Virus record (IMG/VR): IMGVR_UViG_3300028569_000010
DNA length: 64,000 bases
Strand: one strand, 5' to 3'
DNA from: an uncultured virus (IMG/VR IMGVR_UViG_3300028569_000010)
Lineage: Duplodnaviria; Heunggongvirae; Uroviricota; Caudoviricetes
Numbering within the stretch: the first letter of the stretch is position 1; each line of letters opens with the position of its first letter. Under the pieces are notes generated by a model. The model saw nothing but the letters and a program-made list of their open reading frames with translations, was not told where the DNA came from and did not search any database. The position numbers and the translations under genes are program-made. This document shows positions 1 to 10,302 of this stretch, in pieces.

Positions 1-309
1 AGACAATCTATAGTTATAATTAGTTTGCCAACCATTTTTAAGTATTTCTTTTTCACGCTCAATTAATAACTCTTTAATTTGTTTAGTAATTGGCGCATTT
101 AGGTTTAAATTATTTTTGTGAGATTCATACCAAGCGTTGCCCTTTTTACTATTAACATACTCTTCTAGATCTTTTTCACTATCAAAAACTTTTATATCGT
201 GATTAGTAGAAACTTCTCTACCAAAATATAAATTACCAAAAGATAATATTTCTGAAGAAGTATTATGTATTACTGCGTACCAAATATTTTCAGCTTTGTA
301 ATTATACAT
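1..309 (-). CDS. Hypothetical protein (partial, runs off the window); possible tail-fibre-associated protein
   Basis: ATG at 309 overlaps the stop of the 2801-aa gene; frame (MYNYKAENIWYAVIHN...) is open to position 1. Confidence 0.6.
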   Translation of the reverse strand, partial: MYNYKAENIWYAVIHNTSSEILSFGNLYFGREVSTNHDIKVFDSEKDLEEYVNSKKGNAWYESHKNNLNLNAPITKQIKELLIEREKEILKNGWQTNYNYRLS

Positions 310-3300
310 TAATAGCACCTAAATCATTTATAGTCCAATCGCTGGATAGTAAGTAATTACGAGCAGACATTAGTGAAACAGATGAGCCATCATAGTAAGA
401 AGATGCGTGTAAAACTACGTTACGCTGAACTTGAGATGTTGACCATCTTACTAAGATATTACTATAAGTTTGTGTGCTTAAAGATGACGCATTTGTAAAC
501 ATAAAGCTCATATCTTTGACCTTACTTATATCCCAAAATCCAATGTTTTTGTTAAAGCTTGAAGCTCCATTAAACATATTGGTCATGCTTACAACGTTAT
601 ATGTATCCCATCCAGCTATGTCTTCGTCAAAAGATATAGCCCCAGCAAACATGGCGCTCATATCTACAACCTTGCTAGTATCCCAACTATTTAAACTTCT
701 ATTAAATGATATAGCTCCAGCAAAACATGAATTCATACTAATCACACTAGATGTATTCCATGCGTCTATATCTACATTGAAAGATGAGCAATCTTTAAAC
801 ATATAGCTAATATCAGTAACATTTACTACATTCCAATTTTCCAAACTGGTGGAAGAAATTGGTGGTTCATCTAATATTGATGATGTGTGGTATTCACCAA
901 GTGACACATTACCAAAATCATTGACACTATTTAATTTAACTGGTAATTCACTATTAGTTAACTGCGACACTTGATATCCTAACTGACCGTATGTATTATC
1001 TCCCCATAGCCATAGATCTTTATTTGATTGAATGGCGGCACTGTGTCGATATCCAGCGTAAATATTTGTAAAAGTAAGATCATTTCTAATAATGCTAGGA
1101 GCATTTATCTTATTTCCACTATTTTTACCCTGCTGATTACCTAGTTGACCATAAGCATTATTACCCCAGCCATAAGCTTTATCTAGAGAATTTATAGCTA
1201 AAGAATAGAACTCTCCAGCACTGATCTTTTTCCATGTAGATCCACTTAGTAAAGTTGGAGTATTAACAGAATTGTTATGTCCTAAACCTAATTGCCCATA
1301 AGCATTATTACCCCATGAGTATAAATTATCGGAAGTATCTATTGCCAAAACGTGATCTCTACCAGCATCTACAGTCTTCCAAGTCTTAATACCAATTTTT
1401 ATAGGTACATTTCTAAGAATAGTATCACCTGTTCCTAGCTGTGAATATTCATTGTTACCCCAGCAATATAATTCATCATTGTCAGAAATTGCTATACTAA
1501 AATCATGACCAGTAGCTACATATATCCATTGTGTATCTATTTGATCTATTAATACTGGAGATAGTCTGTTATTATTAGTGCCATCTCCAATCTGACCATA
1601 AGCGTTGCTGCCGAAAGCGTATAGCTTGCCAGTATTATCTATAGCTAAACTATGATCTCTACCAGCAGCTATATGAGTCCAAGTTTTATTACTAATTCTA
1701 GCTGGAGTAATACGTGTAGTTCTATCACCGTGTCCTAATTGACCAACACTATTATTGCCCCAAGACCATAAATATCCTTGATTGTCTATAGCGAGAGTGT
1801 GATTTTTACCAGTTGCAACTTTTCTCCATCTCTTATTAGTTGATTTTCTTGGAAATGGATTAGAGGCAGTTGATGTATCATATCCTAATTGACCATTAAT
1901 ATTAAGACCAAAAGATAGAATAAAATTACTAGAAGTTTCAGTATCATCTACAGAACCCAACAACTCGCAACCATTAAAGAAACCTATAATAGAATTAGCT
2001 ATTTGTGGAGAATCTTCAGCTGTAACACTTAATAGATTTGTACATCCAGAAAATCTATCTGGTATATTGTTAATAAAGACTGACACGCTACCCCATCTAG
2101 CTATATCGTTTAAGTATATGCGCGAGTCATTATACTTAGTATTAAAATTGCTAACATTTCCGTCTATTCTAACAGTTAACTCTTGTGATAATTTATCAAA
2201 ATAATTTTTGACAATTGGAGCAGATCCAGTTGAAATATCTAAAAATGAATCATCACCAAAATTTACATACATTGAGCTATAAGCTCTACTATTATCGTTG
2301 GTGTTAGTTTTAAAGAAATTTCCTAAGTCAAAGGTAAAATCGTCTGTAGAACTTTTTATCTTGAACACAAAAGAATTATCGCTACCATAATCGTTAATAA
2401 TCCAATCATACTGTTGGCGTAAAGTTTGTCTAGCAGCGTCTGCTATACTATTCTTTGAGTATTCTTGACTTATTCCAAAAGATACATCTGAACGTTTTGG
2501 AGTATCAATATCTCCCCAAAACTCAAGTAATTTATCGTAATTTTGTTTACTAATATCAGTTCCTATAAGCATCCTATTAGCGTCAATCAAACTATCAATT
2601 CTCATTAAACTAATATCTTGATTAAAGCTAGAAGCATTTGTAAACATAGAATTCATATTAAAGACTTTACCAGTGTTCCATCTACCAACATCTCTATTAA
2701 ATGAGACTGCGCTTAGAAACATAGCTCTCATGCTCTTTACATTAGAAACATCCCACTTGGATATATCTCCATTGTAAGCAACGCAATTTAAGAACATAAA
2801 GCTCATATCTAGACATCTAGAAACATCCCAATTTTCTAAAGAGTCATTTAGGCTAACGCAATCCGAGAAACAGGCACTTAGAGTATTGCCTACTTTTGGA
2901 TAATCTTTAGCTGTTATGATCAAATTGCTACAACCTTGGAATTGACGATCAATGTTATCTATAAAGTTAAGTGGACCCCAAGATTTAACTTCTTGAATTT
3001 TTATAGCGTCTCCATCTTCTTTAAACTGCCAACCATCAATAGTACCCTGAATTGTTATTGTGTACTGACCGGGAATAGTATATTCATGTAAAGATTTAAC
3101 TAAATAATTGTTATTAGTAATGAGGTCAAATTTTCCATCACCCCAAGAAACATAGAAGTTATATTTTCCATTAGCAACAAGTGGAAGTTTTACTTCATCA
3201 TTTAGAGAAGTATCTAATGTGGTATTAGCAGTGTTCCAAGTTGATATGAAGGCTGGACTTGTCTTGACTCTTATTAAATCAGAATATTCTCCAACTCCAG

Positions 3301-6300
3301 CGACACTTTCTGGAGCTATTTTAAATAAGTATTCTTGATTAGCATCTAATGATCCGATAGTAAAATAATTATTTGATCCTATAGAATCTGATTTAGTTGT
3401 AAGATATGCTATATCATTTTTTACACCAAGAGCAAATGGTATACTTTGAGGGTTAAAAGTATTTACATAAGAACCAGTTCCATTTAACACTCTAGTCTCA
3501 TCCAAGTAACCCTTAAAGTTTTTAGATGAATTTACAGATGGACCAATTCTGAAGCGCGAAAATAAGAAATTATTATTATCAACTATATCTGATCCAACCT
3601 GTACTCCATTTACAAAAATTCTAGTAATGTTGTTGAATCTAGATACAGCAATGTGTTGCCAAGCATTTTCAACTACACTGCCGCTTGGAACGTTGGATAA
3701 TGTTGTATTGCCAGCTTTATATCTTAAAGAACCATTAGAAATATCTAAGTGGAAATAAGTACCATTAGATGTTGAGTTTATTTCTCCACCATTGATAGAT
3801 GGTCTGAAATCAAAAATTGATTGATCATTTGATAAGTCTGTAGGATAGATCCAAGTTTCTACAGTAAAATCATTTCTACCAAATGAGAATAAATAACTTT
3901 CATCTGTTTCAATTCCAAGTGGAGATGTGGGGCTTACGCCCATGTATAAACTGGATGAACCAAATTTAATAATATTGCCAGTAGAAGTTCCAGACCTTAT
4001 TGTTATAGGAGACTGTTTAGTTTTATCAACAATAGTTTGATTATTGTAATCTAAAAGTATGGCTGGATAAGAAATATTATTTGTAATCTCGACAAAAGTA
4101 TTATTGGGTGGTGTGAAGTTTTGAGCATATTGACCAACTTTAGATACATTTATTAAATCTACATATCCTTTATATGTCACAAAATTACCAGAAGTCCAAG
4201 CCGTATTTCCAAAACGGAAGGATTGTGGTTGAAAATTATTATCATCAATATAATTACCAGAACTTTGTACCCCGTTGATAAATAGTCTACTAAAACCATT
4301 TTTTCTAGATAATGCTACGTGTGACCAAGCTCCAGATGGTATTATAGAACCCGAACTTTGTATTCTAGTAATTCCATCCGTAACATAAGATATAGATCTA
4401 TCATTATTAAGTGTTAAATTCAAGTATGTGCCATCAACTACTCCAGAATCATTTATAGATAAACTATTAATATTACTTGGCCTAAAGTCAAATAGTGGTA
4501 TAGTTCCACTAATAGCAGTTGGGTATATCCAAGCTTCTACTGTGAAGTCTTTTTTACCAAAATGTAAATTTGAGGATATATCACTAGAAATAACATTATT
4601 GCCACTAGTTGGGAATAATATACTATTATTGCCAAATTTTTTGAATGTTGTAGATTGACTAACTACATTTCCAGAATTTTCAATACTTAAAGAATCGTCT
4701 ATTACTTCTTCAAAATTTAATATAACAGAAGAATAATCGCTTGGAGCATAAAGAGTATTAGTATACGATGTATTTACTGAATGATTGCCTGTATATAAAC
4801 CAACACCCTTAAGTACCCTAAAATCGTCAACATAGCCAAGAAAGTTTTGATTAACATAATCTGGCCTATTGTTCCAAGCAGTATAACCTATTCTGCAATT
4901 TTGATTTAAGAAATTAAATCTATCACTCTCTAAGGTGCCAGCGATTATGCCATTTACAAATATTCTAGTTGTTCCTTGATTTCTAGATACTTCTACTTTA
5001 TTCCAAGCACCTAAAGAAAGATTGCCACTAGTAGCAATTCTAGATTTTCCATCTGTATAATAATTAAGACCTCTGTTTTGATTTACTGTTAGTAAAAAGT
5101 ATGTTCCGCCGGGATCAGAATTTTTATTAGTCGGCCTAAAATCAAATAGAAAATACTCATTATCTAATGCTAATGGCCATACCCAAGATTCAACTGTAAA
5201 ATCTTTTAGTCCAAATGCTAGTTCATTATTTGTAAACTGCCTAAAAAACCCATTGCTACCATTTCCAGGTACGAATAATCCACTGGCACCGTTCTTAGCT
5301 GTAGCACTCAATTGAGCGTTTCCAACAATTCCAGACGCATTTTCAAAATTAAGATTTATAGATTGATAGTTTGAAGTAACTACTTTATACTGAGTGTCAA
5401 CAAAATTGTAATTTGGCTTTGTAAAATTATCAACATATATTCCAACGCCATTTACAACTCGTATACCGTCTACTTTACCGACGAAATTTTTAGCGGGATT
5501 ACTTAAAGAAGTATCATAACCAAAAGCAAATGGAGAAGATAAATATTTAAGGTTGTCGGAATAACCGCTAGAAACTACAGTACCGTCTACGAAAATTTTA
5601 CTAATATTATTGAAACGTGAAAACGCAACGTGATGCCAAGTACCACTTGTTAATACAGTATTAGTAACAAAACCAGATCTTTGTGCTTCTGAATCTCTGT
5701 ACTCAAGTCTTCCATTAGGTTTAACTCTTAGTAAGAAATATTCACCCTCTAAGCCTTCTGCGTCTGGATTTAATCCAGATTTTCTAAAATCAAATAATAT
5801 AGACTCTTTATTTACATCATCCATTTTAACAAAGCACTCTACTGTAAAATCATTTAATGCAAACTCTAAGTCTTTTGAAGACTCAGAATAAATACCTCTT
5901 GATGTCGTTAAGCCTTGTAGATATATACTTTTTGTTCCAATGGCAGAATCAGAACTGTAATTGACAGTTCCTAATTTATTTAGGATTAGTGATCCTAAGT
6001 TAGCAGAATTATAAACTCTAGTATCATCAGTAGTGCCACGATCAAAATCTCTTAAATTTTCAAAATCTAAACAATATACAGAAGTTGTACCAATTTTTAC
6101 AGAATGATCTATTACAGGAAGTGGTTGAGTTGGATTAGTCCAATTTAATATAATTCCACTATTACTCTCAGCAAACCCAATAAAGTTAGTAGGCTTTAGT
6201 GGAGGATTAGTTGTATTAGCAGTAACAACATTGCTAGCAGCACTATTATAGTTATTATTAAATGATTGAAGAGTAATATTATATAAAGTATCTCTACTAA

Positions 6301-8707
6301 GATTAGAAATCGTTACAGAACGTCTTAAGTCAGCTGATGGAGAATCAACTACAATTTGATCGTATCTATTATATAGATCGTATTGATTGGTTGGATATGA
6401 ACCTACGCCACTTTGAGTAATACCTGAAATACCATAAAAGGTTATATTCTTAAATGTCTGCATAGTAATAGGTTGTGGTATGCCAGATAAGGCAGCTATG
6501 CCACTATTAAGATATACTGGATAGAAATATCCATTACTTGCACCAACAGTTCCAGAAACGGCCAATGCCATATTATTAAAGTTATTGAATCTTATTAAAG
6601 CTCTATAATCTAAAGAACTTACAGATTCACCGGGATGTCCAGCGAAATCTGGTAAAATAAACGATAGAGTGGCTGAGTCAAATGTTACACTCTCTAATTG
6701 CACAGAGCGTGGTGGACTTGGTGGACCAATACTTCTTACTAATAAGCTAGATGGGGTGCTATAATTACCAGAACCAACACTGTTAATAGCACGAACTCTA
6801 ACTGTGTAAAAAGCACCACCGTTTGGACTTTCAGCGACTTCTCCCTGAATTCCATTAGAACTATTTAATGTATATGTGTTGACGGCTCCTATGTTTAAAT
6901 ATTGTGCTATTCCACTTATTGGTGTGTACTCTAATGTATAGGCATTAATATTTGAGCCACCATTATCTGGAGTTGTCCAATTAATGGTTATAGAATCAAT
7001 ATTATTATTTGCTATAGAAGTAATTAATGGAGCAAAAGGTACTGTTGGGTTTGGAATGGATTGGAAAATATTAGAATAATTGCCAGAGCCAACAGCAGAA
7101 ACAGCAGCAACTCTAAAGTGGTATGTTTGACCATTTGTAAGGCCATTAACATTTTGCCTTGGTTCAGAATTTTCAGCACCATAAGTTAACCATCCAGAAT
7201 TAGCTACACCGCTGTATTGAACAATGTAATCAATAATTCCTAAAGAACTATTAGGAGCAGTCCAACTTAGATGTACTGATTGATTTTTTGGAACGCCACT
7301 TAAGTTAATTGGTGCTTCTGGAGGAACAAAAGAATTATCACCGAATGTTCTAATATCAAAAGCATTGCCTAAATATATTCTTCTCCATTGGCCACTTGGA
7401 GTATAGGCATATAAATATTGATTATCTAATATAAGTTGACCATTTATGCCACTAGCTTCACTATATTGAATAGTACCAGTTGGTACAAAAGACTTGCCAG
7501 AAAGAGCTATATTAAGATTAAGGTCATTGAGTAAAAAGCTGCTTACGGCATTAGTAACCATTAGATCAACTTTACCAGATGAAACATATGGCTCATTATT
7601 AAAAACTAATTGGTTATTTGCATTTTGATACAATACATTAGTTCCACTACCGATATTATTAGATGGCAATAACTGTATGCCACTACTAATTTTTAACCTT
7701 CCAAGTAAATCAACAACTCCACTAATTTCAACATCAGATACTGGAGCAATTCCAGGTTTTCCAATAGATAATCTATGATTAACTGAATCCCACCTAAAAT
7801 ATTGATCTGAGCCAATGGTATTATTATTTGTCCAAAAGGTAACTCTGCCATTATGGCTTACGCCGCTGGAGTACGAAGCATATATATCTGATAGTGGAGG
7901 TAAATCAGACATTGTGATTGTGCGAAATGCTGGATAATCTGGATTACATGGTGGAGCGCCACAGCCGCTTGGCGGGCCAGATAAAAATAATCCAGCATTT
8001 TGCTTTTTAAGTAGCAAATACTCACTTACAGAGCCACTTAATTGGATAATATTACTTAATCCAGTAGTCTGACTTAGTAGTGAATTGTTATATGCATCTA
8101 TGTCAAGTTTATTTCTTAGGAAGTGTTCTGATTGAGTTCCATTAGCAAATTTAATACCAGAGTTACCAACAATATATCCAGATGCATTAATAATTGACTC
8201 GTAACTCTGTCCACCAATATCAATAGCAAACGAAGGATTAGATTTATTAATACCTAGTCTATTTAAAGTAGAATTCCAAACTAAGTTTGGATCATAGTCT
8301 AGAGTATGTGATCCACCCCAAATGGCTAAACCGCTAACTTGCGGATTATTATATGAACCAATTCCAGAGCCAGTATAAACTGAGTGGCTAGCTGGATAAG
8401 TGACATATACTTCTTTTAATCCAGTTGACCAACTTATAATTCCACTAGTGCTAGTTCTAATAGGAAATCTTTGAATCTGATTGCTTGTTATATTGTCACT
8501 AGGAGAAAAATCGGATCTTAAAAAGGTGCCAGAACCAACTTCATAATTGGTCCCATCGGTGATAGCGTAGAATAATAATCCACTATGTGGATATACAGAA
8601 GCAAATGAGCTAAAACCAGCTGGTGGGCCTTCTAATATGATATTTCCAGAACCAACCGTGTAACTTAATTCTTTTATTCTATCATATAGCAGTATTTTAT
8701 CTGACAT
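302..8707 (-). CDS. Giant virion/tail fibre adhesin with FN3, LamG/ConA-like, BspA/DUF285-like and RCC1 repeats
   Basis: FN3 motifs (LSWTAP...YHFRVAAVSAVGSG); four LamG-like units (DFTVExW...WxHVA.SR...FVNG); WDVSNVKSMRAMF-type repeats; RCC1 repeats (WGNNAYGQLG...AGRDHSLAI). Confidence 0.85.
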   Translation of the reverse strand: MSDKILLYDRIKELSYTVGSGNIILEGPPAGFSSFASVYPHSGLLFYAITDGTNYEVGSGTFLRSDFSPSDNITSNQIQRFPIRTSTSGIISWSTGLKEVYVTYPASHSVYTGSGIGSYNNPQVSGLAIWGGSHTLDYDPNLVWNSTLNRLGINKSNPSFAIDIGGQSYESIINASGYIVGNSGIKFANGTQSEHFLRNKLDIDAYNNSLLSQTTGLSNIIQLSGSVSEYLLLKKQNAGLFLSGPPSGCGAPPCNPDYPAFRTITMSDLPPLSDIYASYSSGVSHNGRVTFWTNNNTIGSDQYFRWDSVNHRLSIGKPGIAPVSDVEISGVVDLLGRLKISSGIQLLPSNNIGSGTNVLYQNANNQLVFNNEPYVSSGKVDLMVTNAVSSFLLNDLNLNIALSGKSFVPTGTIQYSEASGINGQLILDNQYLYAYTPSGQWRRIYLGNAFDIRTFGDNSFVPPEAPINLSGVPKNQSVHLSWTAPNSSLGIIDYIVQYSGVANSGWLTYGAENSEPRQNVNGLTNGQTYHFRVAAVSAVGSGNYSNIFQSIPNPTVPFAPLITSIANNNIDSITINWTTPDNGGSNINAYTLEYTPISGIAQYLNIGAVNTYTLNSSNGIQGEVAESPNGGAFYTVRVRAINSVGSGNYSTPSSLLVRSIGPPSPPRSVQLESVTFDSATLSFILPDFAGHPGESVSSLDYRALIRFNNFNNMALAVSGTVGASNGYFYPVYLNSGIAALSGIPQPITMQTFKNITFYGISGITQSGVGSYPTNQYDLYNRYDQIVVDSPSADLRRSVTISNLSRDTLYNITLQSFNNNYNSAASNVVTANTTNPPLKPTNFIGFAESNSGIILNWTNPTQPLPVIDHSVKIGTTSVYCLDFENLRDFDRGTTDDTRVYNSANLGSLILNKLGTVNYSSDSAIGTKSIYLQGLTTSRGIYSESSKDLEFALNDFTVECFVKMDDVNKESILFDFRKSGLNPDAEGLEGEYFLLRVKPNGRLEYRDSEAQRSGFVTNTVLTSGTWHHVAFSRFNNISKIFVDGTVVSSGYSDNLKYLSSPFAFGYDTSLSNPAKNFVGKVDGIRVVNGVGIYVDNFTKPNYNFVDTQYKVVTSNYQSINLNFENASGIVGNAQLSATAKNGASGLFVPGNGSNGFFRQFTNNELAFGLKDFTVESWVWPLALDNEYFLFDFRPTNKNSDPGGTYFLLTVNQNRGLNYYTDGKSRIATSGNLSLGAWNKVEVSRNQGTTRIFVNGIIAGTLESDRFNFLNQNCRIGYTAWNNRPDYVNQNFLGYVDDFRVLKGVGLYTGNHSVNTSYTNTLYAPSDYSSVILNFEEVIDDSLSIENSGNVVSQSTTFKKFGNNSILFPTSGNNVISSDISSNLHFGKKDFTVEAWIYPTAISGTIPLFDFRPSNINSLSINDSGVVDGTYLNLTLNNDRSISYVTDGITRIQSSGSIIPSGAWSHVALSRKNGFSRLFINGVQSSGNYIDDNNFQPQSFRFGNTAWTSGNFVTYKGYVDLINVSKVGQYAQNFTPPNNTFVEITNNISYPAILLDYNNQTIVDKTKQSPITIRSGTSTGNIIKFGSSSLYMGVSPTSPLGIETDESYLFSFGRNDFTVETWIYPTDLSNDQSIFDFRPSINGGEINSTSNGTYFHLDISNGSLRYKAGNTTLSNVPSGSVVENAWQHIAVSRFNNITRIFVNGVQVGSDIVDNNNFLFSRFRIGPSVNSSKNFKGYLDETRVLNGTGSYVNTFNPQSIPFALGVKNDIAYLTTKSDSIGSNNYFTIGSLDANQEYLFKIAPESVAGVGEYSDLIRVKTSPAFISTWNTANTTLDTSLNDEVKLPLVANGKYNFYVSWGDGKFDLITNNNYLVKSLHEYTIPGQYTITIQGTIDGWQFKEDGDAIKIQEVKSWGPLNFIDNIDRQFQGCSNLIITAKDYPKVGNTLSACFSDCVSLNDSLENWDVSRCLDMSFMFLNCVAYNGDISKWDVSNVKSMRAMFLSAVSFNRDVGRWNTGKVFNMNSMFTNASSFNQDISLMRIDSLIDANRMLIGTDISKQNYDKLLEFWGDIDTPKRSDVSFGISQEYSKNSIADAARQTLRQQYDWIINDYGSDNSFVFKIKSSTDDFTFDLGNFFKTNTNDNSRAYSSMYVNFGDDSFLDISTGSAPIVKNYFDKLSQELTVRIDGNVSNFNTKYNDSRIYLNDIARWGSVSVFINNIPDRFSGCTNLLSVTAEDSPQIANSIIGFFNGCELLGSVDDTETSSNFILSFGLNINGQLGYDTSTASNPFPRKSTNKRWRKVATGKNHTLAIDNQGYLWSWGNNSVGQLGHGDRTTRITPARISNKTWTHIAAGRDHSLAIDNTGKLYAFGSNAYGQIGDGTNNNRLSPVLIDQIDTQWIYVATGHDFSIAISDNDELYCWGNNEYSQLGTGDTILRNVPIKIGIKTWKTVDAGRDHVLAIDTSDNLYSWGNNAYGQLGLGHNNSVNTPTLLSGSTWKKISAGEFYSLAINSLDKAYGWGNNAYGQLGNQQGKNSGNKINAPSIIRNDLTFTNIYAGYRHSAAIQSNKDLWLWGDNTYGQLGYQVSQLTNSELPVKLNSVNDFGNVSLGEYHTSSILDEPPISSTSLENWNVVNVTDISYMFKDCSSFNVDIDAWNTSSVISMNSCFAGAISFNRSLNSWDTSKVVDMSAMFAGAISFDEDIAGWDTYNVVSMTNMFNGASSFNKNIGFWDISKVKDMSFMFTNASSLSTQTYSNILVRWSTSQVQRNVVLHASSYYDGSSVSLMSARNYLLSSDWTINDLGAINV

Positions 8708-8724
8708 AATTAATCCTTATAATA

Positions 8725-9708
8725 TCAACTAAATGGGTTTAAATTTGCACTATATGTACAGGATACTCCACTGGCTTCATTTTTTGTTGCGCCAAGATCT
8801 TCACCAAAAATAATAGCGTCATTTAGTTCAGCATCTACATATTCACCGGCTTCATTGAGAACAACAAATGTGAAAAAATGACCATCTATAGCGTTATAAC
8901 CTCTTTTAGTACCAACTGTATTTCTTTCAAAATCAGTCATATCGTCACTATCAGTTCTAGCATTACTATTAGCAACTACAACGAAGTTACTATTTAAAGG
9001 CAAAACTCCGTTTTTAAGATATATAACATATTTACCTGAAGATGTTCTTGTTATACTTCTAACATTGTAAGAATTTTTGACTACGGGTATAGCATTAGAA
9101 ACACCACTATTTGCTCCATCAAAAATAATCCAAGCTTTTGCTACAGATTTACCACTAGAAAACTTAGAACTATCTGTAGTAAAAACAAACTCTCCAGAGT
9201 TTCCAACTAATATGTTTTCTTTTCCAGCTACGCTTGATGTGCCAGAATTATAATCAAAACGCAAACCTACATTATTAAATCCAGAAGCACCTATCCAATT
9301 GTTTGATACGCCAAAATTGCCAGCCATTCTTCTACTGCCGTCCAAAGTCAAAAATACAGTATGTGAATCATTATTGTGTCGATTGCTTATATCATTATGA
9401 TTAAGTCCAGTTGGGCCTGGATATGGAAGAACTTGTTGTTTCAAGTCAGTAGTTGCATTTGGAAATTGAATTCCGTTATCTGCAACAAAGAAGCCAGTTC
9501 CAGTATCACCAACTGTACGTTTAGATCTTACATTTTTTTCAAATGGTGTATCTGTATTAAAATCACCTTTAGAAACTATAGAATTGATAGAATCAACAGC
9601 ATTAAAAAGGTTGTTTCTAATATCTGCTGCTGAAATTAGTCCAGCATTATTATCAGCTAAATCAACTGATATATTATTAAGTAATGTTTGTTTAGTTACT
9701 ACTGCCAT
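8725..9708 (-). CDS. Virion structural protein
   Basis: Lies in the structural operon; N-terminus (DLADNNAGLISAADIRNNL) resembles that of the 1879-aa protein; AKAWIIFDG...SYNVRSITRTSSGKY resembles tail-fibre C-terminal modules. Confidence 0.6.
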   Translation of the reverse strand: MAVVTKQTLLNNISVDLADNNAGLISAADIRNNLFNAVDSINSIVSKGDFNTDTPFEKNVRSKRTVGDTGTGFFVADNGIQFPNATTDLKQQVLPYPGPTGLNHNDISNRHNNDSHTVFLTLDGSRRMAGNFGVSNNWIGASGFNNVGLRFDYNSGTSSVAGKENILVGNSGEFVFTTDSSKFSSGKSVAKAWIIFDGANSGVSNAIPVVKNSYNVRSITRTSSGKYVIYLKNGVLPLNSNFVVVANSNARTDSDDMTDFERNTVGTKRGYNAIDGHFFTFVVLNEAGEYVDAELNDAIIFGEDLGATKNEASGVSCTYSANLNPFS

Positions 9709-9719
9709 GTTTCCTCCAA

Positions 9720-10265
9720 TTAATTTCTAAAATAATTTCCGTCTCTATTATCATAACTATTTCTACGTGAAACAAATTCACTGGCTGGACTATACGGGCC
9801 TAAAATAGCTTGTCCAGCTAAACTATTTCCAGCTTTATAATCTAGCAAGTATTGATCATATTGACTACATATATTATTACGATATAAATTAAGAGTATTA
9901 CTGACGCCGCGAAGATCAATTGATGATGGTCCGTCTTTTATAGAAATAGAATTTCCGGCTTCTGATTTAAGCTCACTACCTAGTATAATACACACAGTCT
10001 TTAGTCCAACAAGATTAATGAAATCAAAATCTTCTACACTTGATGGATTGGGTGCAATGAAATTTACACCAATTGTATAAATAGCCTTAAAATCCGCATC
10101 CTGCTGAACAAATCTAGCAGCCACACAGATTAATTGATTTAATTTATCATCTGAATATTTGTAGGAGGTTGAATCCAAATCATTAATTAAAGATCTAACC
10201 AAAGCTGGTATCTCAAAATTTCCAGTAGAGTTATTATACATAACTCCAGATATAGGTAAAGACAT
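9720..10265 (-). CDS. Putative head-tail adaptor/neck protein
   Basis: VRSLINDLD...YSDDKLNQ N-terminal pattern typical of adaptor proteins; position in the virion operon. Confidence 0.5.
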   Translation of the reverse strand: MSLPISGVMYNNSTGNFEIPALVRSLINDLDSTSYKYSDDKLNQLICVAARFVQQDADFKAIYTIGVNFIAPNPSSVEDFDFINLVGLKTVCIILGSELKSEAGNSISIKDGPSSIDLRGVSNTLNLYRNNICSQYDQYLLDYKAGNSLAGQAILGPYSPASEFVSRRNSYDNRDGNYFRN

Positions 10266-10290
10266 ATTTGTTCCTTTAGTAGTTTAATTA

Positions 10291-10299
10291 ATAATACAC
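10291..10299 (-). promoter_or_regulatory. Candidate late promoter GTGTATTAT
   Basis: Same 9-mer precedes four leftward gene starts. Confidence 0.55.
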
Positions 10300-10302
10300 C
10301 TT

